The notes below the pieces were generated by a model. It had not been told where the DNA came from. It did no database searches and saw nothing but the letters and a program-made list of their open reading frames with translations. DNA of 63,764 nucleotides, counting the filler, from Neolecta irregularis DAH-3 (taxonomy: Eukaryota): the NCBI GenBank assembly GCA_001929475.1. It is 6 parts of 6 records of this genome, joined end to end, with 100 filler letters (N's around TTAATTAATTAA, not from the genome) between each part and the next. Parts side by side here need not be neighbours in the genome. Positions count along the whole stretch, not along the records: positions 17,889 to 43,956 come from LXFE01000288.1; positions 44,057 to 50,459 come from LXFE01000289.1; 4 more parts are not named here. The stretch is one strand, 5' to 3'. Positions 32,073 through 45,737 of this stretch are shown here, piece after piece. Each line of letters begins with the position of its first letter. The stretch's first letter is position 1. The translations under genes and the position numbers were made by a program.

Positions 32073-33461
32073 ATGGTTTTCGCGAGACCACAATCAAGCT
32101 TATTTGACCCATCTTCCAGTATGACAACTGTTACTTTATCAAACTCCAAGCCTCCCTCACCTGTACAGCTTCCTCAAGAGGGCAAGACGAGTATTCCGGC
32201 CTACGCAAAACTTGAATTTCAGAAACCGTCGTCCCTTCCACCAATCTTCATACAAACCCTCCAGGCGCTTCTCGGGAGGAAAGTCACTGCTGCAGACCAT
32301 GTTGATGTTCATCTGGGTCATCAGAAGAACATATCGCGGCATCACGCTCGCTTGTTTTATAATTTTGCGACGGGTAACTTTGAGATACTAGTACTAGGGA
32401 AAAATGGAATTTGGGTGGACGGGAGTTTTTACGGAACGGGGATGAACAGAGAACTTCGTCACGGGTATAATTTAATACATTAACAAGATTAAATTCGCAG
32501 GTCCAAGATTACGATTGGGGATACATCGTTTTGCTTTTTCTTACCAAACATGCCGATTCCTCCCACCAGTAATGAATGCGACGATCGCAACTCTGCAGAT
32601 GAAGAACAAAATGTTACAACAGAACCAGAATCACCGACATCTCCAAACTCTAAGAAGCGCAAGCTCAAACGCTCACAGTCTATAGAAAAATTAAAATTGC
32701 CGGAAGAGTTATCGTTGACACCAGAGTCTACAAAGCCCGCTATTTCCGCACAGAAACCACCTCAATCGTATGCTCAATTGATTCTTGAAATATTGAGCAC
32801 GAACCCTGAGGAGAAATTTACGTTGCCTCAGATATACCGGATGATTGCTGAGCGATACCCGTATTATGCAGAGAACAATGGTTGGCAATCAAGCATCCGT
32901 CATAATTTGTCTGGTAACAAGCTATTTAAGAAGATTCCCCGAGAAGATCACGAACCTGGGAAGGGAGCATTCTGGAGTCTCGATCGGGAGGAATTTGAAC
33001 GTGAACGAATCAAAAAGGAAGAAAAGCTTGCAGCGAGTTTGAATTTGAAGAAACGGACCAGCAATTCGCCTGATCGATGTCCTGCTAAACGGAAAAAGAA
33101 CGAAGAAGAGATTGTTAAGAGAGAAGATGTCTCGGAGGATGATAGTACAGTACGTCAAGCAACACCACATACCTTGGACATTTCCAAGACACCTCCAATA
33201 GTTCTTGATGAATCAGGAAAACTTGCATTAAATCAACTATTTTTCAGGGCGATTATGGGCGAATCAAAGGCGGATCCTCAAGGTAGTTTTAAATCGGTTC
33301 TTTGCTGATGAATAGCGATTAATGCAATTCGGTTGCTTCAGAACCATATTAATACGCAGCTTGGCCCTGCAGCCAATGATCCAAAGAATGCCGTTGCGAT
33401 TGCGAATGCACTTGCTATAGCTCTTGCACAACAAATTATACGGTCAAGGAAAGCAGGATAG
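32073..33461 (+). CDS. FHL1: FHA plus forkhead transcription factor Fhl1
   Basis: FHA AYAKLEF...IQTLQALLGRK...ISRHHARLFYNF...GKNG; forkhead KPPQSYAQLI...WQSSIRHNLS...PGKGAFW; last exon LLQNHINTQLGPAANDPKNAVAIANAL. Confidence 0.85.
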
Positions 33462-33698
33462 CAGTCTATGTTTTTGTTTTTGTGTTTTACTGGCGTTATC
33501 GGGGTTGGGAGGGATGTGTGGAGGGGATGATTGGCATTAGATGAAGCATTTCCACGCCATGTGTTTGTAAGTAGGATTTGAGAGAGTAATGCTGTTGAAT
33601 TTGCCCTGGCGATGACCGTGTGGCGTTCCAACCTCACTCCGCTTTAAATACTTGCCGCTCTTGCCTCTTCTCAGCGACTCTCTCTCGGTCCCCGGTCG

Positions 33699-35993
33699 AT
33701 GGCAGCAGCGGACCAGCCAGGCGAGTCTCCGGGACTGCGGTCCAAGATCCGGCGCGCGCTCCGCAGACGGCGCAGCAGGCCGGACGGGGTGGAAGATGAC
33801 CGGTTGATGGACATGGAGGACAGCGAGGCTGAAGCAGAAGAAGCAGCAATCGCAGTAGCAGCAGTCGCAGTCGCAGCAGTCGCAGCAGCACAGGCCGCAG
33901 GAGCAGGAGCAGGAGCTGGAGCTGGAGATGCGCTTGGGAGCACGGCCGAGTATGGCGCCGCTAGTGCGCGTGCAGAGATTGATTCGCAGCGCGACCCCGG
34001 TCCGGGCAGCGACCCTGATCCCGACTGCCTCTCCGTCAAACAGCTCCATGCTCTCTGCTGTTGGGTCTCTCACTGCGACTTCGCTGGCCGCACCGCCGCA
34101 CAGCCCCGCCCGCCCGCGCGCAAGCACCGATCCCGATGCGGCACCAGCCCCCGGCAGCAGCGCGGCATCGCCCTTTGCCAGCAAAATCGATCTCGCGCTC
34201 GCACTGCCCAGCCGGCGGCCCAGCACCGCAGACAGCTCGATCAAGGCCACCGGCTTCGCGGTCGCCACCGCAAAGCGCAACAGGGAATTCCACGCCATGT
34301 TTAGAAGCGTCCCTCCAGAAGACTACCTCATCGAAGGTGCCCTCTGCCCCAGCACCTGCCTGTCTCACCCCCGCAGATTACGGCTGCGCCCTCCAGAGAG
34401 AGATCCTCGTCCACGGCAGAATGTACGTCTCAGAGGGCCATATCTGCTTCAATTCAAACATCTTTGGATGGGTGACTAATGTATCTGCCAAGCACATCCA
34501 CCCCCGCTAATACCCCAGCTCGTCATCGCATTCTCCGAAATCGTCGCCATCGACAAGAAATCAACAGCCGTCATCTTCCCAAACGCTATCACTATAACCA
34601 CTCTGCAGCAGAATCGCGTATTGTCCGTTTTGGATATTTATTTGCTAAATTTAGCACATTTTTGCTTCCTTTATATCCAGAGACACTACGTATGACTTGA
34701 TTATCAAGATCTGGAGAATATCGCATCCCGGCTCGGGATACCCTCGTTTAGTGCTCAATGACTCTGACTTATCAGACGATGAATCAGACGATGAAGATTC
34801 TGATTCTCTTTCCGATTTCAAAAATGCGCAAAGCGACGTTATATCAGATACTAGTGCCTCAAAAATTCTCACCCCACGGCCTACAAAAAGCTCGCAGCCT
34901 CCTTTGACAAAATCTACGTCCAAGGATCAAAGTGCTGCCGCACAGCCTGTGGACTCGGGCACGCCCTCGGCAATTCCATCAGAACATGAACCCACAGAAT
35001 GCATCGATGAACATTTTGAAAAGAGTCTAATCGACTATATCATCCCTGCTAGTATGGATAAAGTATGGAATCTAATGTTTGGAGATAACACATCCTTTAT
35101 GGAAACATTTCTCCTAGTCAATCAAAAAAATACAGGTATCTTATCCTTGCCATCTCTTTTAACATAGACCTCGAAATATCTGGTTTCTCAGGCTCAAAAA
35201 CTCGTTCATATATCTTTGTAAAACATCTGTCTGCAAGCATCGGGCCCAAGCAAACAAAGTGCAACACCACCGACACAATTGAACAATTTAGTCCCCAAAC
35301 TATATCATTAGTTAGCGTAACGCAAACCCCCGATGTCCCTAACGGCAGCTCATTTTCCATAAAGACGAAATATTGCTTTTCTTGGGCCGAGAAAAATCAA
35401 ACGAGACTGAAATCAAGTTATTTCGTTGAATGGAATAAGAGTTCATGGCTAAAAGGTTTGAATTCACTTTTCCTTTGATTAAATACAAAGGACCAATTGA
35501 GAAGGGTGTAAATGAAGGACAAATAGCATATTCAAAAGACCTTTTAGAGGCTTTGAAGAAAGAATTTGAAGCACCCAGTAAAAGGAAGAGAAAAGTCAAG
35601 AGTGAAGATGCTTTTGGAGATACCTTGCAAACTCGTGCACAAAAATCTCTTTCCGAAGGAACAGAATCGAGATCTTGGACTGATTTATTCCTGAATTTTC
35701 CTTCCTCTTTACTCTCAACTTCAGGAATCATCATGCTGATGTTGCTCTTCGTCGTCGTTTTCCTCATACGCATCGAACGATCGTTATCGATTATCGGAAA
35801 ATCAGGCAGTTTTGAAGAAAATTGGAAAATCCAAGAACGTGAACTTTGGAATTGGCTTGATTCACGAGGCCTTGAAGGATCTGGAAAACCTGTTATTTTA
35901 CTAGATGAAAGTATGAAAAGGCGCGAAATAGCAGCTGCTATTAAAAGTCTGGAAAAACGTCTCGATGAATTAAAACGGAGACAGGAATTATAA
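33699..35993 (+). CDS. GRAM plus VASt (StART-like) membrane contact-site sterol transporter, Lam/Ltc family
   Basis: [76 protein letters not shown] and a C-terminal TM helix. Confidence 0.88.
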
Positions 35994-36262
35994 TTTGGGA
36001 AAAAGCTTTCTGATGGTTGGAATTGATATTTGGTCGCTCTACTTTCGTTTTTATTATTATTTTTGCATTCTTGTTTTGAGGATTGTCCTAAAGTATGATT
36101 GAACAGCATTGTTATCTTTTAGATCAGTTTTGGTTTAGACTGAGATATTCCATTTTGGGTCTATTTTGGCCTGTTTTGTGGCCGAGTGCTCTTGCACCGT
36201 GACGAATTGAGTGACCTCGAAGCTGTCAAAAGCAAGATACTGCACCCATCTTTGGGCACGAG

Positions 36263-37643
36263 ATGCCTCATATCATCATTATTGGCTCTGGTATCTCGGG
36301 ATTTCGTGCCTCTCAAATTCTTTTGCAACAGGGATATCAAGTTACCATAATCGAAGCTCAAGATCGTATCGGAGGCAGATGTTTTACCGGAAACTTGTGG
36401 GGTGTCGATCTTGATTTTGGTACTCCGTGTGGCCTTTGTACGTTAACAACAAGGAGCAAGCTGGCTCCATGGGACTCTGGGCAATCCCATTTATTCAATT
36501 GCAAAGAGCCTCGGTTCCCAAATGCGCTATACTGATCACTCTACCTTGATTGATTTTGATGGACAGAAACTGAGCAGAAAACAAATCGATGAAATCGAAT
36601 CTAGATCGTGGATTAATGAAGGTGTGCAATATTCCAAACTATACCGTGAAAGAATTCCAGAGTCGGCCTCGTTTGCAGACTTTATATTCAAAAAGATTGA
36701 AAACTTGGATAAACCAGATGATATAAAACGACAATATCGAGTGTTTGCCAGAGTCTGTGAAAGTTTCAGCGGTGCTGAACTCGAATTCTTGAGCATGAAA
36801 AATTATTACCTGGAGGAGGAGTTGCCCGTACGTTTCCCTTTTATTTTCTATTTTTATTTTTCTGTAGCATTTGATGATGTGGTAAAGGGAGGCACGCCGT
36901 ATCTTGCATCAACATTTAAACCGATACTCGAGGAAATCGCCTCATCTTCGCTAGAGAAAGCCACAATCAAGCTGGATGAACAAGTCCTCTCAATATCGAC
37001 AACGGACACACCAACAGTGATAACAGATAAATCCTCATATACTGCCGACGCTATACTCTGTACCGTATCCCTAGGCGTCCTCAAATCCCAAATAATTAAC
37101 TTTTCTCCACCGCTTCCCGAAGTAATTACCCGGGCTATCACGAGTTTAGGATTCGGAATCCTTAACAAACATTTCATCAAAGTATCAAGACGGTTTTGGC
37201 AAGACGAACAAGATTGGATATCGTTTCTACCATTTGATGAACAGGGATATTTAGTAAATATGTTGACTCATATAACGGAACCGATATTAATCGCCTATTC
37301 AACAACTCGCTTAAACACTTTTCTTCAAAACTCTTCAACGGACATTATTGCGTTCTTTCAAGGATACATTGAATCCATCGATTCCAATGTCCTGGTCGAG
37401 GATGTATATTCCACGAAATGGAATTTAGATCCATTCGTACGGGGTGGATACACCCATATTCGAATAGGAAGTTCAGAAGCGGATATAGATGCTTTTATTG
37501 GTGGAAACCAGGGATTATGGTTTGCGGGTGAACATGTCGGCAGTGGATCACAATTTGCGACAATACATGGGGCTTATCTAAGTGGCCAACAGGCCGCTGG
37601 AGACATTATCGCTTGTCTCAAAGGACCTGGAAATGTTTTTTAA
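36263..37643 (+). CDS. Flavin-containing amine/polyamine oxidase (Fms1/PAO-like)
   Basis: IIIGSGISG, EAQDRIGGR, DFG|ASWLHG, CTVSLGVLK, WNLDPFVRGGY and FAGEH...TIHGAYLSGQQAA. Confidence 0.9.
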
Positions 37644-38291
37644 CATAGCTGCGTCACACGCAGGATGTAGCTTAAGGTTTATAGGGAGTTCGTAGTTGTA
37701 GTAGAGCTGTAGTAGATTGGTTGGTTGTTGGTGAGCACATGATATTGGGCTTCCGGATCTTTGGAGATCTGTATCAGAAGAATTGTAATATGATTGGCCG
37801 CTATGTGAGAAAACGGGCCTCCTTTTATAGCCATTGCTGGCAAGGAGGCCCTACAGGTCTATGTGGGTTATGGTTAGAGACAATATCGAGACAGGGTGGC
37901 GGGTCAGAGAGCGCTATCGCTGGCAACTGTGGCCTCTTGACTTCCTAAGTAAGAGAACTATTATAGTAATCGAAATAAGCTAATACTGAGAGAAGAGATG
38001 GAGGCTTAGTGCATGCATTCTTTTTGCAGAATTATTCTAGGTTTTAGTGACGACTAGAAATTTGAAATTTACAATCATTAGTCTCCTAGAAGCAGTAATA
38101 TAATGATTTGATGGAGGATCCCCAATTTTTCAGAATGAATTGTAATTCTTTTTGGCCGGAACCGCTTCCTTGCTGCGGGACAGAAAAGACGTATGACTTC
38201 ACGCGCCGGAGGTCATAAACCAAAATTGACTCACTCGTGACGCCGATTACCTATTAATTAATGCTCAACCTTACTCTCATAATAATCACGG

Positions 38292-41200
38292 ATGTCCCTT
38301 GCAGATATTCAAAAATTGAAGACCATAGCCTCTGATTATGATGATGCGCTGATATTTTATCTTAATGGGACCCGTATCGAATTGGAGAATGCCGATCCTG
38401 AAGCCACGCTACTCGAATACCTTAGAGGGATTGGTCTTACTGGTACCAAGTTGGGATGTGCAGAGGGCGGTTGCGGTATCAACATGAGAGTCGAGGTATT
38501 ATATACTGATTGTAGGGGCATGTACCGTCTTAGTATCGAGTTGGGATGCAAGTTTGGGGAAACTTTGGTGCGCAACCGTATGTCGTTTCCGACAAACTGA
38601 TCAATAGTCATATATCTGTAAACGCGTGCCTGGCACCTTTAGTATCAGGTTCAACATTCCAGAATATCCATTTACGTCTAGTTGACGGAAAACATGTTAT
38701 CACCGTCGAAGGAATAGGAAATTCATCTGATCCCCATCCCGTGCAGGAACGACTAGCCAAGATGCATGGATCTCAATGCGGGTTTTGTACGCCAGGAATC
38801 GTGAGTAAAGCCCTTGTTCTCCGATAAACCTCACAATCAGTGAGCCTGTATGCTCTCCTGCGAAACAGTTATAATCCTACGGAAGAAGAGATCGAAGGAT
38901 GTCTTGACGGAAATTTATGCCGATGTACTGGTTATCGACCCATTCTAGATGCAGCCAGAACCGTAACCTAGCCATATGGCTTCCTTTGTTTGACGCTTCA
39001 GTTTATCAATAAGTCGAAGGAATCGGAATGTCATCATATGACTCAGAATAGCTTCCACAAAAATTGTGAAAAGGAAGAGCAATCACCCGTATCATCGGAT
39101 CCTTCAACCGAATCAACATCCATAGATATTCCTAACGGCCAAAGAACCGGTTGTGGCAAAAAAGATTGCTGTAAACTAAATTTGAAACAACCATCCACCG
39201 ATGTATACGCACAACCATCTTTCAAGTCGTACGACCCATCCACAGAACTAATATTTCCGCCAGCTCTCAAAAAGTTTCCTCTACGTCCCCTATCGTTTGG
39301 AAACAAACGCAAACAATGGTTTAGACCCGTGACTCTCCATCAGCTGCTTCAACTGAAAGCAACTATTCCTAGCGCTAAGCTCACTAGTGGAAGTTCCGAG
39401 ATCCAGATCGAAATCAAGTTCAAAGCGATGCGGTATGCAGTATCAATATATATTGGAGACATTCCCGAACTCCGGGCATGGAAATACTATGATGAATTCC
39501 TGGAGATCGGCGGAAACATTTCGCTCTCGACTTTCGAACATGTTCTTAAAGGTGCAACTCAGCATTACAAGCCCGAATATTGTGAACCGTTCACTGCCCT
39601 ACTCCACCAACTTAGGTATTTTTCAGGACAGCAAATCCGGAACGTAGCCACTCCTGCTGGAAATATTGCAACTGCATCGCCTATATCGGATCTCAATCCG
39701 GTTTTCGTGGCTACGAACAGTATTTTGACGTCGACTACGTTGCTTTCGACGAATTCTCTGAAGATGACAGAGTTCTTCAAAGGTTACCGAACGACCGCTC
39801 TCGCTCCCGGAGCGGTTATTTCAAGCATTCGCATCCCTATTTCTCGTAGCCGAGAATTTGTGCGCGCTTATAAACAAGCAAAGAGGAGGGACGACGATAT
39901 TGCTATTGTCAATACGGGAATGAGAGTCCGATTATCGGAAAAGAATATTGTTGAAGAAATATCTTTGGCCTATGGAGGCATGGGACCAACTACCATGCAA
40001 GCTAGAAACGCAATGGCATCGCTCCTGAGTAAACGATGGGGAGATGAAGATGTCCTTCAAAAGGCGTACGACGGCCTGGAGCAAGACTTTCCCTTAAGCT
40101 TTGGGGTTCCTGGAGGAATGTCAGTCTACAGAAAGGCTCTTGCATTAAGTTTCTTCTTTCGGTTCTGGTGTGATGTCGCGAAATCCGTCGGATTGTATGA
40201 ATGGGATAACGACGGAATTGACGAAATCGAACGAGAGATTTCAAAGGGTTCTGCTGATTTGCCAAGCCCATAGTCCGTTGATTTAGACTCGTGGAATGCT
40301 GACGTACGATAGCGAGAACGAAATTGTAGGAAGAGGAGATCCCCATATTGCAGCGTTGCAACAGTCAACTGGAGAAGCTCAGTACACAGACGATATTCCC
40401 AGATTGTGGAATGAGCTTTACGGTGCTATCGTTATGAGCACAAAGGCTCATGCAAAGATCTTGAGGTTTGAATGATCAGTAGAAGGTCTCATCGCCTAGT
40501 GTTGAGTATCAATCGGCTCTCGAACTTCCCGGCGTTAAGGCTTGGATTGACAAAAATGATCTACCTGATGCGCAAAGCAATTGGTGGGGGGCGCCTAATT
40601 GCGATGAAGTATTTTTCGCTGAAGATGAGGTAATCCCTACAGACAATTATTATTAAAAACAAGGTTTTCTGCGCTGGTCAACCCATCGGTCTTGTTCTCG
40701 CCGATACTCAAGCACAAGCCCAGGATGCAGCTCGAGCTGTGAAAATCGTATACGAAGATCTTCCAGCGATATTTACGATTGAAGAAGCAATCGAGAAGGA
40801 GAGTTTTTTCCCACACTATCGATTCATTAGAAGAGGAGCACAAATAAACGAAGCTCTTGCGAAGTCTGACATCGTTATTGAAGGAGTATCCAGGATGGGC
40901 GGCCAGGAGCACTTCTATCTAGAAACGCAAGTTAGCCTAGTTGTTCCTGGGCCTGAGGATGGTGAGATGCATGTCTATGCAAGCACTCAAAATCCGACCG
41001 AGACGTCGTTTTCTTTCCTTACCGAACTAACAAGTCAGGCAAACTTTCGTCTCACAAGTCACTAACACTCCTGCCAACAGAATCGTTTGCCATGTTAGGA
41101 GGCTTGGCGGCGGATTTGGCGGAAAGGAAACGAGGTCGATACAATTATCCTCCATTCTTGCCGTTGCCGCAAAGAAGCTGAAAAGACCTGTCCGTTGTAT

Positions 41201-43031
41201 GCTTAACCGTGATGAAGATGCAATTATGTCTGGGCAAAGACATCCGTTCCTGGCTAGGTGGAAAGTTGGTGTAAGCAAAGAAGGCAAACTCTTGGCACTG
41301 GACGCTGATGTATTATTCAAATCTGAACGACAGAATTAACAGAATAGGTATTTAATAACGGTGGTTGGTCGCAAGACCTCAGTGGAGCTGTTTTGGAGAG
41401 AGCACTGAGCCATATTGACAATTGTTATTGGATTCCAAATGTCGATGTGAGAGGACGCATAGCTAAGACTAACATACATTCGAATACAGCTTTCAGAGGT
41501 AATTGCCTAAAACCATGGAAATTACTAATCATGAAGGATTTGGTGGGCCTCAGGGAATGTTTATTACAGAATGTTTCATGAGCGATATTGCAGATAGGAT
41601 TGGGGTCAGTGTAGACAAGTTACGGGTACGCTCCTCTAGTCTCGTGCATAGCCTAAGTACCAGGAAATTAATCTCTATGAGGAGGGCCAAAAGCACCAAT
41701 TCCATCCTGCCGATAAATGTTGATCTTTAGAACGCATTATAATCAGGTCCTTGAAGATTGGCATGTGCCAATCATGTATCAGCAGATGAAAGAAGAAGTC
41801 AATTATGAAGCCCGACGAAACTCTGTTGATAAATTCAATCGAAGTCACAGGTATAAGAAACGCGGAATAAGCCTGGTGTTTTTGCTCCTTTTGAATTGTT
41901 TCTGACTGAAAGATCCCCACTAAATTCGGCATCTCCTTCACTGCACTTTTTCTCAATCAAGCTGGAGCGCTAGTTCATATATACCACGACGGATCGATTC
42001 TAGTCTCCCATGGCGGAACTGAAATGGGTCAAGGTCTACATACCAAAATGTGTATGATAGCAGCTCAAGAACTGAACGTCCCACTCGATCAAATTCATAT
42101 TTCTGAGACTTCTACTGATAAAGTCGCGAATACATCGTCAACTGCTGCCTCTGCCTCAAGTGATTTGAATGGAATGGCAATAAAAAACGCTTGCGACCAG
42201 ATTAACGAGCGGTTGAAGCCCTATCGAGAACGGCTTGGACCAGAAGCCACGATGAAAGCACTTGCACAAGCGGCCTATTTTGATCGCGTCAATCTTTCTG
42301 CTAACGGGCATATGCATTTTTTAATTGATCGCGTTAACATATAGCTTTTACAAAACGCCAGACATCGGTTATTCGTGGGGAGATTCAAATGCCAAGCCCA
42401 TGTTTTTCTATTTCACCCAAGGCGTTGCTTTTTGTGAGGTTGAAATAGACGCTCTCACAGGAGATTTTACGGTGTTAGATATGAATATCAAAATGGGAAT
42501 AATTCACCAATTTAAGAGCTCATCTAATTCAACAGGATATCGGTCGAACAATCAACTCGTCAATTGATCGAGGTCAAATTGAAGGTGCAGTTGTCCAGGG
42601 TATCGGTCTCTTTACAATGGAAGAATCTTTATGGCTTAACCGAACCGGAAATTTGTTCACGACTGGTCCTGGGAACTACAAAATTCCAGGCTGCAGAGAC
42701 GTACCACAGAATTTACATATAAGCTTTCTGAAGGACGTACCGTGGAAGAATCTACGTACAATACAAAGATCGAAGGGTGTTGGTGAACCTCCACTTTTCC
42801 TCGGAAGGTAAAGTGATACGAAGAGCACCCTTCCTGATACATAGTACTGTGTTCTTCGCTTTGCGAGATGCTATTCAGTCGGCTCGCCATGATAACGGCC
42901 TCTCCGATCGCTTAGTATTGTTCTCTCCAGCAACTCCAGAAAGAATCCGCTTAGCTTGTGCTGACAAGATCCTCCAAAGAGTAGACATCGTAGCATTGGA
43001 GGGTGAAAGCAATTGGTTCATCTCACCGTAG
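38292..43031 (+). CDS. hxA: Xanthine dehydrogenase (2Fe-2S, FAD and Moco domains; many short introns)
   Basis: [85 protein letters not shown] and [12 protein letters not shown]. Confidence 0.96.
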
Positions 43032-43100
43032 TTCATTAGAAAATAAAACATGAGAAATAAATTTTACACAGATAGAAAAAGACAAATTCGAAATTTTCTT

Positions 43101-43956
43101 CTAATCACTTAGCCAACCATCATCGTCTTCATCGTCTTCGTCGTCACTGCTGCCCTCGTCACTTGTGTCGTTAGTGACTTTAGATTCAACCACGTCGCCA
43201 TTAACTTTTTCAGATTCAACCGCCTTATCATCCACTTGCTCCTTCACAGACTGCCTGCGAGCCGTCATAGACTGTCTACGAGCCGTCATAATGGAATGCA
43301 TGTCGGGAAGTTCTTCCTTGGGAAGTTTACTTTTTATTGAGGCTGTGTTTAAGGATGGGACCAATTTTGGGCGGACAGAAGTAGAATTATCCTGCTGTTT
43401 GTTGGGAGATTGTGGGAGAGGCTTAACTTCGGCTGTTTTGATAGGCTCCGGCTCGTCCACCCAATCGGTATCACTTTTTAATTTCTTTTTACTTTCCTGT
43501 TCCTCGCCTAGTCCGTCAAAAATCTTGCCGAGTGGGTTCTTAACGATGTTATGTCGGGATGATGTAGCAATCGGAACTTCTCGACCATTGCTCATTCTCT
43601 TTGCTGTTTCTATGATCATTTCTAAGGTATCCTGTTTTTGGGGTGGAATTTTCCATGACGATGGTAATTTGAAGTCTGGCAAAGAAGACGGAGGGGGAGG
43701 AGGATTAGTCGGATCCTGGTTGCTCTTATCGGTTTGAACAGACTGGTGCTGGTTCAGAAACTCATCAGTCATTACTTGTTGGCTCCCACTCCTCGTTATT
43801 AAATTTAAGGAGCTCGCTGGCTCGGTTTGTTCTGTTTTTTGGGAAATTACTTTTAAATTGGTCTTATGATTGAATCCTCGTATTTGAGAAAGTAAGTCGA
43901 TATTCTGGGGTCGCAGATTTGGGGTCGAATCGCTTGTATCCTTGAGCTCTCCTTCG
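43101..43956 (-). CDS. 3' part of a low-complexity protein, truncated by a gap
   Basis: Open frame running to the gap, Pro/Ser-rich, with an acidic C-terminus DDEDDEDDDGWLSD*. Confidence 0.65.
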
Positions 43957-44056
43957 NNNNNNNNNNNNNNNNNNNNNNNNNNNNNNNNNNNNNNNNNNNN
44001 TTAATTAATTAANNNNNNNNNNNNNNNNNNNNNNNNNNNNNNNNNNNNNNNNNNNN

Positions 44057-45029
44057 CGCCACCGCGCCCGCAGACCCCGCGCGCCACGCCGCCGCCGCTG
44101 CCGCCGCCCGCCGCTCCGTGCTGCTCGACATCGCAAGCCTGCAGGTCCAGATCGGCATCCCCGACAAGCCCCGCAACTCGTACGCGCAGCTCATCACCTA
44201 CGCCATCGCCACCTCCGAGCACAAGCGCATGACCCTCAGCGACCTGTACCAGTGGTGCATCGACAGCTTCCCCTTCTTCAAAAACAGCCCCCGCCAGGGC
44301 TGGAAAAACTCCCTCCGCCACAACCTGTCCCTCAACAAGACCTTCATGAAGATCCCCCGCCCCGTCAACGAGAGCGGCAAGGGCAGCTACTGGGTCCTCA
44401 ACCCAGAAGCCCTGCAGCACGGCCTCATGTCCACTAGCCAGTCGCGCGCCCGCCAGCGCAGCAAGAGCGCAAACGCCGCCTCCAGAGAACAGATCCGCGC
44501 CAGAGATGCCGCCGTCACCGCCGCAAACGAAGGCGCCTCCAGACGCGCTAGCTCCCTTCTCGAAGCCCCGCAGGTCAAAAGGTACGCCCCTCTGCTCCCC
44601 GTCTTGTTGATCCGCAGACAACACACCGCGCTGGCGCCGCAATCTCCATTGTCGTTCCGCCCGCTTCCCTTCACACACGATCCCGCAGCGCAGTTTCCCG
44701 TCTTCAGAGACCAAATGTACCTTCCTCCCCCGCCCCCCCACCTCCCCCAGTCCAGCCCCTTTCCACATCTGCCTCATCACCAAATGAGGCCGCTCCCCCC
44801 TTCTCCCCAAAGGCAAAGTCGCTTTCCCCATTTCGAGAGTGACGCCCAACCCCCCGATTTGTGGAATTTTCGCTCAGACCAGCTTGCTCCCCTCCCCTCC
44901 TCCCAGTGGCAGCCCCCCCAAATCCCAGACCTCCACCCACAATGGGCCGTACAGGACCAGCGCGTTGGTGACGAGACTGGCAATTCTCCCTGCGGTGGAG
45001 GAGACGACGACGACGACGGCGGCCAGTAA
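44057..45029 (+). CDS. Forkhead transcription factor (Sep1/Hcm1-like), 5' truncated by a gap
   Basis: [14 protein letters not shown]...LSDLYQW...[32 protein letters not shown]. Confidence 0.88.
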
Positions 45030-45623
45030 AGACGAGAGGTGCGGTCTGTAACCCTAACCCACGCTCCCGTGTGGTTCTCTTCATTCTTTTGTTTGGATTT
45101 TTGTGTGTCCTGGGTTGTACGTAGCTTGCTTCTTCTTCGTTAACTATCATGTATGGTCCAACGTAAGTAAAAATGGGTAGGTAGGAGGAAAGGAAAACCG
45201 GAGCTTCTAATTTGTTAAATAGCCGTTTTACTCGCCTGTTTTCTTCTCTTTGTTTTTTGTCTTTTTCTTTGTCTCAGCATTGCATATTTATTCACCACGC
45301 TGTGCAAATATCTAGTCCAGGCGTTATCCAGACTTATTCCTCCTCTTTCAACGGGCAAACGGAAACGCGTACAATTCCCTTTCAACGTGGAAACGGATAC
45401 CGAAACGTACCGTTTTATAAATACCCAAAATACATCCATTAACCCCCGCGCGCACCCAAAAATCTCTTTTAAAATAAAAAATAAAATAAAAATTTGTTCA
45501 TTCTTTGGTGATGGAGGTTGAATTGTTTCGAGGGTTATCCAGATCCTATCTTTGTTTGTCTAAAATACGCCGCAACAAAGTAACTGATATAACAAAGTTT
45601 GTAAATCTGCTATATTGTGTTGT

Positions 45624-45734
45624 ATATTCTCTCACTACCTGTGTTGTAAATCTGCATATTCTCTCACTCCTGTGTTGTAAATCTGCATATTCTCTCACTC
45701 CTGTGTTGTAAATCTGCATATTCTCTCACTACCT
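45624..45734. repeat. 31-bp minisatellite, ~3.5 copies
   Basis: Unit TATTCTCTCACTCCTGTGTTGTAAATCTGCA. Confidence 0.92.
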
Positions 45735-45737
45735 AAA

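Noticed and set aside
33537-34368. Several overlapping antisense ORFs at the GRAM gene 5' end (likewise 44001-45150 and 57231-58081)
   Set aside because: Shadow ORFs caused by high GC and few stop codons opposite recognisable genes.
37660-38040. Possible LTR remnant between the amine oxidase and XDH (similar case at 16481-16732)
   Set aside because: No second copy in the window and no TSD found.
45049-45060. Telomere-like TAACCCTAACCC (also 49765-49776)
   Set aside because: Only two units each; compatible with chance or a telobox, not a chromosome end.
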